Source of the DNA: Phoronis australis | Taxonomy: Eukaryota > Animalia > Phoronida | Direction of reading: 5' to 3' | Length of the DNA stretch: 64,000 nucleotides | Assembly (NCBI GenBank): GCA_002633005.1 | Contig: NMRA01000409.1 | Location: 124,001-188,000 of the forward strand | Part shown: positions 26,482-40,581 of the stretch, one piece after another | How the letters are laid out: the number at the start of each line of letters is the position of its first letter | Numbering within the stretch: the stretch's first letter is position 1 | The notes under the pieces: model-generated | What the model was told of the DNA's origin: nothing | Seen by the model: the letters and a program-made list of their open reading frames with translations, nothing else | The model's database searches: none | Translations under genes and position numbers: made by a program

Positions 26482-29400
26482 AAGTCGAGTCGAGGACTTC
26501 ATTGTGAAAATGCCAAATTAAACCACGACTTCAAGATGTTGCTAAAACCCTCACGCAGTGTGTTTTTGCATGAAGTTTGTTGACACCTTAAAACGTTTCC
26601 CACTTTCACGAAACTGCAACTCCAAATGTTTCGACAGCAGATACTTCCTTACCTGTACAACTAACATGTTATTAAACAAACAGTTCCTGTTATTATTCAT
26701 AAGAAGATCCGGGAATTTTGCTTTGAGGAAACTGCTACAGTAAAATTGTACACTCGAGTATATGTTCAACTCCACCAATTACGCTTCCCGGTTTCGTACA
26801 TTTTGGGTTTGAGGCTAAGTCCCGAAAATACCGTTTCTTATACAAAGTATGCTTCTCTGTGGAAAACTTGGTAATCTGGTGAGTTGTCGCTGAATATGCA
26901 TTTCTTACTTCGTTTGCAGCAGTCAATACAGGAGCGAGGCTGAGTGATCTAAGGCAATGTATTTAACATGTCGCACCTCCTGTTGTTGTGAACTTTACGA
27001 GCCTTTCTTAAAACTAACTATGTTATTGGAGGAATCTGTTCTCGGACCGAAGGCTACACGTGGTTGCCGGTCGCACAAGATCGATGCAGCCAACGGGCAG
27101 TAGGCTGTTGCTGACCCCAGGCTGGGACAGCCAGGCTATGTCAGGAAGACTCAACTGCTTAACACATCACAGACTGGCAGGGAAATTAGTTATTGTATAA
27201 AGTCATGATTTACCTAGGTCAAAAGGTCAAAATCGAACTCGATTCGAGCAACAACTCCACAAAAGACTCGAACTTATTCGGATGTTTAGTGATGTCGTGT
27301 CATGACAGTAGATGACGCAATTTGCACCCTGAAATAAAATAGACATGTCCTCCCACTGGATGCAAAACAGCATAATGACGTCAAAATGACGTCATGGTAA
27401 ACATTCCTATAGCGCTAGGGCTGGGGTCATCAAGTCCAAGCTAGGATTTAGCAGTCATCCGCGTAAACCATAACGTAGTGGGCACAATTGTCTCGAATTC
27501 GCACAAAATTAGAACGGGAAATGTCAAAACTAATTACGAGTTCGATTTCGAAAAAAAGATTAAACCCTGGGCTTAGGTCCCAACTTTGATTACGTAGCAT
27601 GATTTTACAATGGTGCACGAGAGCGCAAACAAGAGAAGTACGTCACGAGTTCATGACAACTGAAAGTTGAACATCGAATAGGATTCTGATTCGAGTTTGA
27701 AATCACAGTATGGGATCCGGGCACTTCGTTATTTTTACATCCAGCACTTTGCCTGCAACATCAAGCAGGCAGCATATAGTATATATATTGAACTGTGCTT
27801 TTTGTTGGTTTGTGCATTGACTAATGCGTACAATTACCAAAATTGATTAAATATTATACAGTCAATCTTTTTTGGTATAAAGATATTAAACGCTGACAGG
27901 CGTAAATTAATCAAGTTAATTAAGTTTATGCTGTAGTAGATCAGTTGACGGGATGTAGCATTTACTCTCCTGGCGATGATGATAAAGCGTGTAATCGGAA
28001 TGCTGTCACTTTTGATAGACTCGTTGTCTGCATCTGCATGTATCTTCACTTCTGCGCAGTCTTGACAAAACATCTCATAAAATACTCATTGACAGGGACA
28101 TAACACGGTGACCTGAATTAAATGCGTGTATTATCGTTCTTACGTGAACCTACGCCTAAAATCGGTACTACGCGCTTTCACTTTGATTTAAAGTTGCATT
28201 TCACCCTGTGTAGCAGACTACGACCAAAATCGAATACGGCGTTTTTACTATTATAAAATTGATCTCATACTGCCCCTGATTACCTTTACAGGATTCCCTT
28301 TCCGTTATCAACAACAACGCCGAAACCATCAACGACTCACCAAAAGCTGGCACTGTCGGTGCAGTTAGACTGTAACCGTGATAAATTTGCTAAGAAAATA
28401 ATTTCTTGGGATAGGCCAGGTTTGGCGGCAGTTTTGAGGTATGCATTACAAATAGGTTCAGTGAATCTGGTTTGCTTGTATTTGTGAAAATGTGAATGAG
28501 AAAAGTTCTCAAGCTGTAGTTACGCTTTACTTCAAAATGGCGGACCCTGTAGCAATGTTGCATTGTTGCTCAGCGAGTGGTCCGAATTTCCAAGGGAAAG
28601 AGCAAAACATGACACCAAATTTCATAATTACGCTTCCATTTATTTTTTCCAGAACCAAGGCGTTGTTCACACTAACTGACAATAGGTATCGCCACTAGTC
28701 AGTGAATATACAAACAGTGATAAAGGTAATGTCCAACATACTCCCCACCATTAGAGAAAAAGAACAATACTCCAACCAATTAAATTACTCATCTACATGT
28801 ACCAAGACCTGCGAGCAAATTTAGTAAAAGGCTATTTGCTTACTCTAACACATAACAAGATTCACATCATAATCACAAATGATAATATCAAATATAGTGT
28901 TACTTTAAGAACTCACAAGTTTAACTTGTTCACAAGTTTAAGCTTACGATCAGAACGAGACAACAATTTTCGTGGGAAGTTTCGTGGCTTCTGCAGACGG
29001 AGAGGTTTCACTGGCCTCAGCAGATTCAGAAACTGTAAACGCAAAGTATAGAGACTCCCACCTGTTTAACCTCTGCATATATCTCTATAAGGGACCCTTG
29101 AATGTACATGTACATGTATAGAGTCTAGCAATTTTATTCCTTCCATCTCCGCTAGAGTACAACTCCGTCACGGTACCCAATGCCCAATTGAGCCTAGGGA
29201 TATTGTCTTCGTTTACCAGAACAAAAACTGAAAACATACGCATTGCCTTTGACTTTAGTAGACGGTTGTTTCGGCAACAATTTTAAATCGGATGGGCGTG
29301 TGGTGACGTTTTAAACCTTAACATCGGCGAAGTGTGTCCTTAAACCAAAAAGCAATTTTTATCATTGTGTGAGTGAAACATGAATTGTTAAAAAATGGTA

Positions 29401-30078
29401 GACGTAAATGGCGTGTATTGAATTAAGCAACAAGGTTACAGTGTATGTTGAGTGCTGCTTTGTCAGAGATATTCATAGTAATAGGCTTCACGAAAATAGA
29501 GAATCCTACTCGAGACTCAGGTTTATGGCATGGGTAAAAGCTTTTGGAAATTTCGTCAAAATCCCGAGGCTTACCGAGGGATTTTGGCGAAATTTCCAAG
29601 AGGTTTTTCCCATGTCATCAATCTGAGACAAGTGTAGGATTTGTTTTCTCATGTGAAAAGTAAAAAACATCTTTTTGCCGAAAAACTCGACGTGTCTAAA
29701 ACTTTCAACCACATGATGCAAATTTTGTAAAAACATGCTTGCGCATTGTTAAGTAATTCAGTTACTTTTCGTTAATAACATTTTTAAGCTTAACAATTGT
29801 AAATTGCATTCAGCTTTCGTAGCAAATATTCAAGATAATATATAATAAATAGTCTTTGAAATTGTAATATTAAAACTTAAAAATGCTGATGAATAAGAGT
29901 CTACGCCAGCGCTTGAGCACTGAATTGACCTTGAGACAGCACAGCTACACAGTCTCGCCGCGTTTCTTGAGTTAGGGCTCGTCTCCGTTTGAATGAACGT
30001 GGATATGGAATTCGCCGCCGATGATGGGTCCGTTTAAGAAGTTGTCTGCATGTCCTTCCGACCGGGAGTACGTACAGT

Positions 30079-30147
30079 CATGGGCGGCACAGCACTGAAA
30101 AATGCGGGGGCTAAAGCCCCCCAGCCCCGTATGGTGCGCCGCCCATG
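30079..30147. mobile_element. 69-bp mini-MITE with a perfect 5-bp TSD (ACAGT)
   Basis: acagt|catgggcggc...gccgcccatg|acagt. Confidence 0.85.
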
Positions 30148-30708
30148 ACAGTTGCGACATACGATTTGTCAATCATAACTTTGTCGGAATTTCGGCATTG
30201 TTTGGTTGGTGCGCGTTTGGTTTTGTGTTTTTTCCAGACGATAAAATGTAAGGCGTGTGGATTTATACTTGATACTACTTTGTGAATTGCCCATGTAATA
30301 TCAAATATCACGTACCATTATTAACCAGTCGTGTTGTAACACATTCCAGGTCATGTGAGAAAAATATTTACGTTTTATATATACCCGCATGTGTTTATGT
30401 TTCATTTATGTGTACAGGCGCTAGTGGTTATCTCTAGTATGTGGGTTATCATAAAGTGCACGTGTTGTGTGCTTTTTTCCATTCTTATCGGGTTTACAGC
30501 AGAAAAATGCATTTTGGGTTTGTTGTTGGATGGGATAAACTTCTTGAAGTTGCTAGCTTTCACCAGAGCTATAAGACAACAAAATATGTTTTGTGATTTT
30601 ATAACATAACGCCAATTCTCAATGTTGTCAAACAGACATTTGCTGAAATCTTGCCAATGTCTTCGCCGTTTGAATATTCGTAACATCTTAAAAGACTACG
30701 CTAGTTAC

Positions 30709-30772
30709 CGCGTGGGATTTGGCTCAGCGGTAGAGCGTTCGGCAACTGTGAGGTTCGAATCCTGCGCTACTC
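30709..30772 (+). pseudogene. tRNA-derived SINE head or tRNA pseudogene (Pol III A and B boxes)
   Basis: A box TGGCTCAGCGGTAGAGC (30720-30736) and B box GGTTCGAATCC (30752-30762). The spacer is too short for an anticodon arm. Confidence 0.7.
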
Positions 30773-32194
30773 TAAATTTCTGAAAAGAATAGTCTCTTCC
30801 TCGAAAATGTCCAGTCGTACAAGTATACATTGCACGGTAACTTCAAGATATGTAGGCGCAACTTACTTTGCCAAACTACAATAACAGAAAACTGTTTCAA
30901 TTGCCGAACGTATATCACGTGACCATGAGCTTATTCGGTGAGTTTGGGCAACTCGTCCTCACGATCAGGATATTTTTAATCCGCCGGCGAGGCTTCTGTA
31001 GATCCAAGACACTCGCGAGCAAAAACTTGCATGGTCTCGCTCCTTTGCGTGTGACTTGTGTCTACAGATGGCGCTCTGGTTTCTATGGCCATTTTATGAT
31101 GATCATGATTAAGATTTTAATCAGGCAGAAAATGTCACTCCAAGCACAATTAAAAAATACTAGGCATTTGACAATTGAGGTGCAATGTGACGAAAGACAC
31201 CTTTGTATTTTCGGCTTCCTCAAAGCCGACTGCTCGCTGGAGACTGGAACGATTCTATTAGGTCTACATCTGTACATTACATTTAAACGATGGTACAGCT
31301 ATTTCTAAAACCAATACTTAGTCTTTTACCAAATAAGTAACGCATCAACACTGATTGAAGTTTCATTACTGTTCAAGGCTGGAGTAGGCCTTTAACTTAA
31401 TCAAACATCTCTCGGATGTCTTAATTTAATTAGTGGCATGTACTCCACCGTGGAATAAATAGTTATGAGAAAGAACGGGCACAGGAAATCGAGAGAGCAA
31501 ATGAAGTGGACAAAACGATTGGTTTAGACAGGTTCGTCGGGTCCGTGGTCACCAAATTTTACTCGAAACACGGCACAAACATTGGCCAATTCCATTGGGT
31601 CAAAGTTGAAAGTTTAGTCAAAGCGTGTCACGAAGTTGGCAAATTGTCGAGTGGAATATCACGTAAAACCTGTTGGTCTGATCGGAAGGGATGGCGTTTC
31701 TTCTAAACACGCTTTGAAAAAGTAATCGTCATTACGCTTACGCGTGCCATGGTAGCATTTCGAGATCGACCAGATGCTTTTCGCTGTGTTTTCTGCCAGC
31801 TAGACAATATGTACATATACACTATTAGTGACAACACCATTCCATGAAAATGTCGAATGAAATAATAAAACAAAACAGCAAATGTAGTAGACTGTGAAAT
31901 GGTGAACATGGTCATTTCGTCGAAATGGTGTATTTTTTAAGAAATGTTAAAGTTACGTGGCCTTCTACGTATTCGAATTGAAGGCTATTAAACAGTACAC
32001 ACCATGGATTTTTGCACATTTTGAATTACCGGTGGCCACAGACTAAATGTATGACGTAAAACTTAGCTAAACCCATGTTTATTTTGTGTAATTATCTCAA
32101 AATTTTGATTTTCTTTCAATTTTGCCAATTTTCACATTTCCCGCCATGTGACGTCTTGGGTTGAACACAAGAGATCAGTGACTAGCATTGAACA

Positions 32195-32463
32195 ATGGCG
32201 GAGACCAGGGAATTTGAAAGTGACGACGATTATGAGCAAGAACTGAACGAATACTATGAAGAAACGTATGAGAATTGTGGCCAGGATGAGGAAATGGGGT
32301 TGCACGAAAGCGAGAACAAGTTTAATGTGCTTCCGGCTGCGTACTTTTCTACTTTGAGCCTTATGAACTGGATCCTCCCCCGAGAGAAGCGGCCTCGGGC
32401 TCGGCGAGTCAACCCAGTCATCCAACAGACGATCCTGAATTAAGAGCTGATGTTTCTGAATGA
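32195..32463 (+). pseudogene. Frameshifted N-terminus of a KolX/nanor (P2X7 C-terminal-like) protein
   Basis: Acidic leader MAETREFESDDDYEQ...NVLP. After an 11-nt disruption it reads FYFEPYELD...ELRADVSE*, matching my recollection of the PYxFEP and DVSEW(CxCGxC) motifs. Truncated before the cysteines. Confidence 0.55.
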
Positions 32464-32492
32464 TAAATATTGTCCTTTATTGAACCAGGCCT

Positions 32493-32740
32493 TCATCGTC
32501 TCCTGTGACTGGAGTCGAAACACGAGTCCTCAAAGTGGGCAGAACACAGAGTGGCCCCGGACCGAATCGCTTGGTCCACGATGACGTCCCACACTCTCGT
32601 TCGGCGCACGAAGTCATGCCACTTCTGCGCAACTTTGGTGTCCTTCGGAACACCGAGACGTTTTCCGCCTGGCTGCTGTTGCTGCAGCCTCCGGAAACAC
32701 ATCTTTTGATCCCTCTACGAACCTTCTCTACTTTGCATTC
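32493..32740 (-). pseudogene. THAP zinc-finger domain (transposase N-terminus), frameshifted and truncated
   Basis: KRCVSGGCSNSSQAENVSV / frameshift / PKDTKVAQKWHDFVRRTRVW...TLCSAHFEDSCF. This is the C-x4-C...P...W...C-x2-H-F THAP signature. Confidence 0.85.
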
Positions 32741-32988
32741 TCTTCACTCTATACACTTTGTCTCTGATCCGAACAGTATGGCGAACGACCTGGGTTCAAC
32801 CCATGACGTTGTACATAATTATTATTTTTTTCAATTTTTGCGTGTTTCTTTATGAGCTGTGCCCTAAAGGCACTGAAATCAAGTAAGATATAATAATAAA
32901 ATTTATTTTGAGGTACTAGAGTCATGTTGTGTACACTTTAAGACATTTTAGGACCTTTTGTATGCATTGTTGTCAGCGAAACGAAACT

Positions 32989-33050
32989 TGCAAGATCGGA
33001 GTTCTTGGCTGAACTACAGGGGTGCAAGATTGAAGTTCTTGGCTGAACTA
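32989..33050 (+). repeat. Two-copy tandem repeat with a period of ~35 bp
   Basis: tgcaagatcggagttcttggctgaactac followed by tgcaagattgaagttcttggctgaactac. Confidence 0.85.
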
Positions 33051-36000
33051 CCGGAGTGTGACAGACAACAGACTTAAAATTAGCATAAATAACTCAGGGC
33101 TTGCGGTTTTTACAAAATCACTCATTGTCAACGTATTACATTTGGAATCACATATAACCATCTCCTTGCCTGAAACTGGATTTATGTTCAAAGACAGTGT
33201 AATTCCATAATAGCGAAAATTACTGACAATTTTTATATTCATATACAATTTATGTTAAACATTTGTGTATTGGCACCAAATTTCCCTTTTCACTGGCTTC
33301 TGTGAATTCTAGCTTCCTCAAAGAGAACTCATGCGACCACGTATAGATAAGCGTGAAAAATACCCAAACTTTCAGAGAACACGTACTCGCATTCTGATGA
33401 ATCTGCACTCTTTGGTAACCGACAGGAGTCTCTGCATGTTTGTAGTTTTTCACCGACACCATTTCACGAGTTCTCACGCCGGCAGTTGTAGGTTTCTTTC
33501 CTCTGGCAATGACGCGTGTATCCTTTAAGATTTTGTAATAAAATTTACAATTTTTATTAACGTAGTTACGTATCTTCGCTTTTTTAACGAATATTAGCCT
33601 AAGGACGTTTTTGCATCGTGTGCAAGACCGCGTGTCACTGCGAACTTCGAAAGGAATTCAAAATCCGCAAAACGCATTGTAATATTCAATAGCATTTGGT
33701 TTACATTCTTAAATAAAGTATATATTGGAATTCTAATGTTTGTGAACAATGACATTGAGATTTGGAAATAGAAATAGCCAAAGTGGTGGAAGGATGGGTA
33801 AGACCTTTTACATAACAAATTATTTGATACTTTTCCTCAAATTTTAGTATTTTTGAACTTTTGGCAGAGAAATATATAATGTGTTTGCGTATGCATACGT
33901 ATATGTATAGTATACGTATTTTAAAGACACGTAGAAAATGAGTGATATCATTATTAGCTAAACTACGTATGCAATCAAAACGAAGGCGTTTTCGCAGATG
34001 TTATTTGTAATTGTAACACATATGAGCAGACAATGAACTCTTTTCATAATGGTATAAAATGTCTTGCCGAGGATGCAAGCTTGGCTCCAAAAGTTAATCC
34101 AAAAGACCACCTGCTTCTATCCACAAAAAAACTGTCACCAGCTTGTGGTTATGATGAATCACCATATCTGCAGCTATGGCAAGCCTTTATTTGGTTTTAA
34201 AAATTCTGTCACCAGTATTAGTGATTATGGGATTTGATAAACCAAAGGTATGCGATTTATTTATTCTATTGTATTTAGGTGGTTTGTGGATCTTTTACAT
34301 TGTTAAACAAGGGTTTGTCAGGTTGATTTTCATCAGTTACCATGGCAACCACTTTTATAATTTCAATTGTGCTACTACATTTGGTACACCAGTAATAAGT
34401 AATTGCTTTCAGTAAATGATTTATGCAAATCTATTGTGTTAGCTATTACCATGTTTGTTTTCACTAGTTGCCATGGTAATCATTTTTAGGATTATCAATT
34501 TATACTACTGGTCATGACATGTATATATCTTTGTTTTAGGCAATTTTAATTGTCCAAGGCTTCGGCGGTATGAGGCATGCGCAGATTAGTATACTGCTGT
34601 GATTCAAAAATATCTGTTGACCATGGTAACGGTACACATTCAAGCTTGACAACTTCCCTCAGTCACTGGAAAGAGTCTACTAAAAATGTTTTAAGCATGG
34701 TTACTTGCTTCTAACACGATATGGATAAATTCTAATGCTAGTTACCTCTATCGTTGAACTACCAGGTTGGTTCGTTAACGATACCAATTCAAGTTAGCAC
34801 TGAACATCTCGAAGCTTCAACAAAAGGCCATCTCAAGTACTGTTACCATGGTTGCCTTCTTGTAGCTTGACACTGTCCTCGTAATCTGATTTTGAATGAC
34901 AAAATGTCTGGTTGCCATGGCAATGATGCTTGTGTCCTCTTGGCAATCCCCGTAAGTTTCAAGGGAGGGTCAATATAAGTGTTTTGAGCCTGTTCGCGTG
35001 CTTCTAGCATGACTTTGCCATCAAATCTAAAACTGCTAATTTCAGGTGGTCGACTGTTCAAAATTGGCGTATTTTCTTGTTTCACCGGGTAGTATTTTTC
35101 ATAGCTAATGCCTGGGTAGAGTTCAGTAACTATAGGACCTCGGTAGGACCTCGCTAGAAAAGCAAGACTTCTCGTGATTGTGCGTGATATTGCCGTGTAT
35201 TTTAAATGAGAGCACGGGATTTTTAGCTAGATTTTTTCTAGCCGCGAGGTACGTACTGAACTCTATCCTGATCAGCTCCAGGGATACAACGAGAAGCAAA
35301 TGAGATGACAATAGCGTCGTGTAGTTAGGTGTCAGGCAAAGCGTGAGATGGCGAGATTCTCGCAAAACAAAGCTCAGACGATTGCGAAATGAACGGATGG
35401 GTTCAGTATCACTTACCGGTTAGCGCAGACGGCTAATTGTTTTAATACAAATAATGAGTTGCAATCTTAAATAGAAATCTGCTCATAAATGAAAATTGAT
35501 TCTCTCCGCAAAATTGCCTAGACTTTCATTTTATGCAGAATAAATTCCCACACGGGAGAAATCAATGCGGATTGCATTGCCGGTGTTGACGTTGCAAGGA
35601 AATGGTGCACTTCTGTGTGAATCAAGGGAACTGGAGTGGTAATAGACTTGATTTGAGTCAACAAACCTAATCGAATCAATTGCCGTGTAATCCTTTAAAA
35701 CCACGCGCACACTAATAGGGTATCATGAATACTTTATACAGAACAATGTACGATTTTATATCATTTTCTTTTGCGGCTAAATCGATAACTCGACATATCG
35801 AGTACAGACTCGAAAACGTAACTAAACTGTTGGGGTCATTAAGTGCAATATTGGGGTAAAAATTTTAAAGGAGCATCTTTCATGCCTGTTCAAGTAGAAA
35901 CAAGAACATTTCAAAACCTAAGAGGAGTTCGAATTTAATTGAGTAGAATGAAGTTTTGGTCTAGTTGCCGGTAGCCAAGGGGTGCCTGAGGAAATCTGAC

Positions 36001-39000
36001 ATTGCTCTTGTTCTATGGTCTTGCCTGTGCCAAGGCTACTTACAAGAAATGATCATGCCATTATCATGAAATTTTTAAAAAGACTGGGTTACATTGTGTA
36101 GAACAAGTGTCCGTCGAGAAAGTCGAAATCACGCAAGCCCTCGCGAGATATTGACGTGCATTAAAATCTAAATACAATAGATGATCACACTAGCCTTACA
36201 CTTGCGTCTACGGAACGCACCCCTAATATCGAAAATAGGCCTTCCATCAACTAAAGGGTCTAACTGAGCGATAATCGGAGATGGATACGAGATGGTTCAG
36301 CGCTGCTCTCTGTTCAAGCAAGACAATCGCAAAAAAGTAAGACCACACAAGTCTTTGTGAGATTACGGCTTTACAATGCGAACACATGACTACACTAATT
36401 TTACTTGCAAGCGTCTTGCGTCAATGTAATTCAACCCAGTTTTGGCCACTCAAAAGTGACAATGGCCTTTCGCCACTTCCTTTATTCGCCCCACTATTAC
36501 GTGTTATTAAAAAACTAGGCTGTGCCTGGGGTTACAAGTCAACGTGGTGTGATTAGATATCAGGACACCTTTAATGTTTTTGCATTACAGATAATATTAT
36601 GTCGTTCGGTTTCAGCTTCAGGCGGCAACGGTTTTCGAATCCAGCCGTCCGCGCAGTTTTTATTCGCATCACGACTTGCACGTTTAATTACCTTACTTAC
36701 CTTACATTAAGGCAAACATGCCAGCTCCAATAGAAACAGGGGTCAATAACTGAATCCAATTACTATTGCACCGATTTTGACGATTGTTTACTTGAATTAC
36801 TTCGGTTAAAACTTTTTGGGAGGGCTTCAGTGTCAGAAGTTTCACAGTGAAGACCTTAGTTTCATTGTTACGATATCACAATTTATTTCAGCCAATGTTT
36901 TATTGCTGTTAACGTTCATGCGGTAACTGCCCGGCTCCGCAAAGACGACCTTGGATCAGTGCCAGTCGTTATAAATAGAAATGACGCCAGTGGTTCTTGT
37001 ACATTTCTGTTGAGTTTATGGTGTTTGAGGACCTCCCGAGAACTGACCTGATAATCTTTATAACCCCATCAGGAAGGAAAAACGTATTTAGAGCACAAAC
37101 AGTTTTGACTCCGTCAAACCCCTCTCCCGCCGACCCCGTGTTCTTACTTTTGGTTGCAAGTCTTTCACAGCACTAAAGTCGATAATTTTGCCATTGAATA
37201 GGTTGAAGATACTCGCCCATTTACGAGTGAGGTTTAACTTCGCCATCAACGCAATGGACTGCAACCACCGAAGAAGAGAGTTCGATTCTGCACTGGTGCT
37301 AGCCTCTGCAAACCACGTTTTCCTCACCGGTAATATCATTTTCACAGTCTTAAAAGATTCCTGAAGTATATGCATTTTTAATGTAATTTAATTTATTAAT
37401 AAAGTCTATGTCAGAAATCACATATTTGTTATTCTTACATATCTTTGTGAAAAAAGTTTTTTCCAATGTTAATTCCTATTGGCTAACTCGCGTCTGACGT
37501 CATTGAGGCTGTACCGTGGGTGAAGGCAATGAGGTAAATTAAGCTTATTATGTACATGTATATAGCTCATTGGGTGAATGCCTCTCGGCTACAGAACTGA
37601 GCTTAATGTGTATAACTCGTCTGCGATCACGGCTCTCAAAAGTTCATAATACAAGTTTACTGCCGTGTAGTGTTGACTATTAGTGGAATGATGCCGTTCT
37701 CGTCATCAGGCTAGGAAAGGGGCCCCACTCAGTAGCCTTGCCTTGGTGCAAGCTGCATACTAAATGTACAGCTGTTATTCCGGCGTGTGTAAAAACTGAT
37801 CAAATAAAATCTGACACAAAATTAGTGTCATTAAAAATTACACTCTTCCTTAAGTAAACTAAATTTTTTACCAGAGTTGAAAAAATTGGCGGCGTTCTGC
37901 CGTTCACTCGGCTGCTAAAATTTGGGTGCGCTCTTTAAGGTTGGCTTACGGCGCCGTCACCTGTTGCCTTATTGGTCAGTTTCGTTCACCCAAATGTTCT
38001 TCTTCCAGGTATAACAAGCGATCGAACTGTTCTTCGAAGTTGTGCACCTGTCACAACAAATTATAAGAGTTAATTTCATTTCCTTTCAAGTTTTTGGAAC
38101 ATTAATACCAGGAAACCGAATTTCATAAAAAATTGCTCTTGCGAAGCTGTCATAATCTACCTACTGATGTCGCAAAATTTTAGCGTGTTGAGTGTACTAT
38201 TTTCTTCGTTCCAAAAGGATGAGCACTATGAAATAAAATAACGTTTACTAGATTGTTTTTCATTTAAACGGCTCCAACGGGCAAGGTGATTGTCGGTTTA
38301 AACCCAGACATTTGCACGCTCCCCTGCCGGTTTATAGCTCTACATGTTAATATAAGTTTCGCGACGAGGTGACGAGCAGAACTACTTGGGCTATGTGAAA
38401 TTTCGGAGTCTAACGGAGCTCAACACACAGTGCTACTGGTACCCAGCTGCATTTTGAAGATAATCTTCATACAGCTAGCTGACTGGCTAGGCCCCGGGAT
38501 GAATCAACACAGTGGCGGATCTAGGATATCACAAGGTGGGGGGCCCAACATTTGGTCTGTAAACATTTGCGCAAAGTACGGTTGTAGATGCGCATAGCAC
38601 CCAATGGGGGGAGGTCGCCCAGGAAATTTGTTTGTTTTTTCCTCTAAAAATCAAACATTTTCCTTGATTCCCGAAGAATTATCCAAGAAAAAAGGCAAAA
38701 AACCCGGAGAAAGTGTCAAACAGGAAAAACTGCAACTACCACAGACTCAAACTCACGAAGTGACGGATACACCGCGCGTGCTTTACCAATGCACCACCAC
38801 GATTAACTCCTAATTAATTACTAAGAGACCTACTTATTTATGGTCCACAGCGTTTGCTCGATAAACCTTCTTCTTTTTGCAATGTTTATTACACTTTTTA
38901 TATTTTATGCCATCAGTTCGTAACAAATTTGTTGTATTTAAAATAGTCTTCAATTGCCCAAAAGACCAAATCCGTTATTTTGTGTTGGCATTAATGACGC

Positions 39001-40581
39001 GATTGCTTTGGAAATCGTCTTAAGGTTTGACAAAGAGAGAATTATGTGTTTCTGAGTGATTCAGTAAGGCTTCGAATAAAATTCAAATCTTACCAGCAGC
39101 TTCTGCTTTTTCATCGTCACTCAGATTCCATTTTCTTTAAAAAATGAAGTAATTTTCTTCATTGCAGACACAGGCGCTTGGGTTTATCGCAAATGACGTC
39201 ACGCAATAATATATATATAAGAAAACATAAAGGTTGGACACTTAAACTTTGCCAAGCCGAGGCTCCCAACTTCAACCGTCCAAAATCCAAATAAAATCTG
39301 CGTGCACCTCCCTCAGTCTGGTGTTGCATAAACCTTCGAAGCCTTATCTTTCCTAGATCCCATTAACTGTCTTCGTGAATGGTGATGGCGATGGAATTTC
39401 CAAAACAATCTCAAAACTCTGAATTCAAGTACCTGAAATAGTAAACATNTCTGGCGGCCATTTTGTCCGCCATCTTGAAAAACCAACTTCCGCCACTCCG
39501 ATTCCGGTAGACTTTTTTTTTCCCACTAAGGTGTATGAAAGGATACGATTTATGCAATAAAACCTTCTGTTGCAATTTTTTCCGGGTTATCCGTAGAATG
39601 ACTGGACTATGTATCTTTTTGTGCTGTACAGCCTCACTGACGTCACGAAAAACAGCGCTTGCAGTGGGGCTTTACGTAACTAATAGATTTTTACTTCTCA
39701 GCGTAAAAAAGAAAAATACTGTGCAATATTTAGGAATATGTAGGTGCCAGTAACCAACCTTTGTACTTTCAAAATTCATAGTTAAATGCTGAAACATGTA
39801 GTTCAGGCCTCTTTTAACTGATAGTCTATCAAATTGGCAGCAGTCCGATTAGGCGTCAGTAACGCTAAATTTTGGGTTGTAGGGCCTACGGGCAGTAAGG
39901 ATGACAATTGTCGACAAAATATCTATGAATTGTAGCATTTTTGCATATTATATTCAAATTTACGCTGACATTCAAGTAATTTAAAGCAAATTTTCCGTAA
40001 ATGTACCCTGCAACTCCGAACCATGCGTCATTACTCACAAAATCAGGGGCCATTTTGGGAAGAGATAATAAATGCACTTTAGGGGACATTTAATATTGGC
40101 ACTCTCTAGAGTGATGAAAGCGCGAATGTGACTTCTGATTGATCCCGATTCCAACTTGATGGACAGAAATTCAATTACTACAAAGTGGTTCATAAAAAAT
40201 ATAAAAGTAGAGGAATATGTTTCACTGCCAGTCCCTCCCAATGTTTCATTACTTAACGTCCATTAATTTCTTTTAGCTTCCTGACACCGACTGGGGTCGA
40301 AATTCTCCCGCTTTATCAGCGACAGCCACTGGCTTTGTCGCGGATATATTTTCGCAGTGGGAAATGCATGGAATAGGACGTCCTTGCTCACCAGTTGAAA
40401 TTTCAAAAGATTTTCCTTTTTCCGTAGGGCATTGGTACATCCACTGCGCTTGAGTGAACATTTGCCTGCATTGTAATAGCAGGAAAGGTGTTAAAACACT
40501 GTTTATGCCAGTAGGTTGATAGTAACCTCTGCATTACATGGAATCTGTAGGTGGCGCTGAACGCCTGTCCACCAAAGACCT

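Larger units (their letters stand above)
31992..32937. mobile_element. Kolobok-like non-autonomous DNA transposon (internal deletion derivative)
   Basis: TTAA TSD (31988-31991, 32938-32941). Imperfect TIR acagtacacaccatg / catgttgtgtacact. Internal inverted motif acgtcttgggttgaac / gttcaacccatgacgt. Contains convergent THAP and KolX-like remnants. Confidence 0.75.

Noticed and set aside
30709-30772. Functional tRNA gene
   Set aside because: The anticodon arm is missing, acceptor-stem pairing is poor and no cloverleaf forms.
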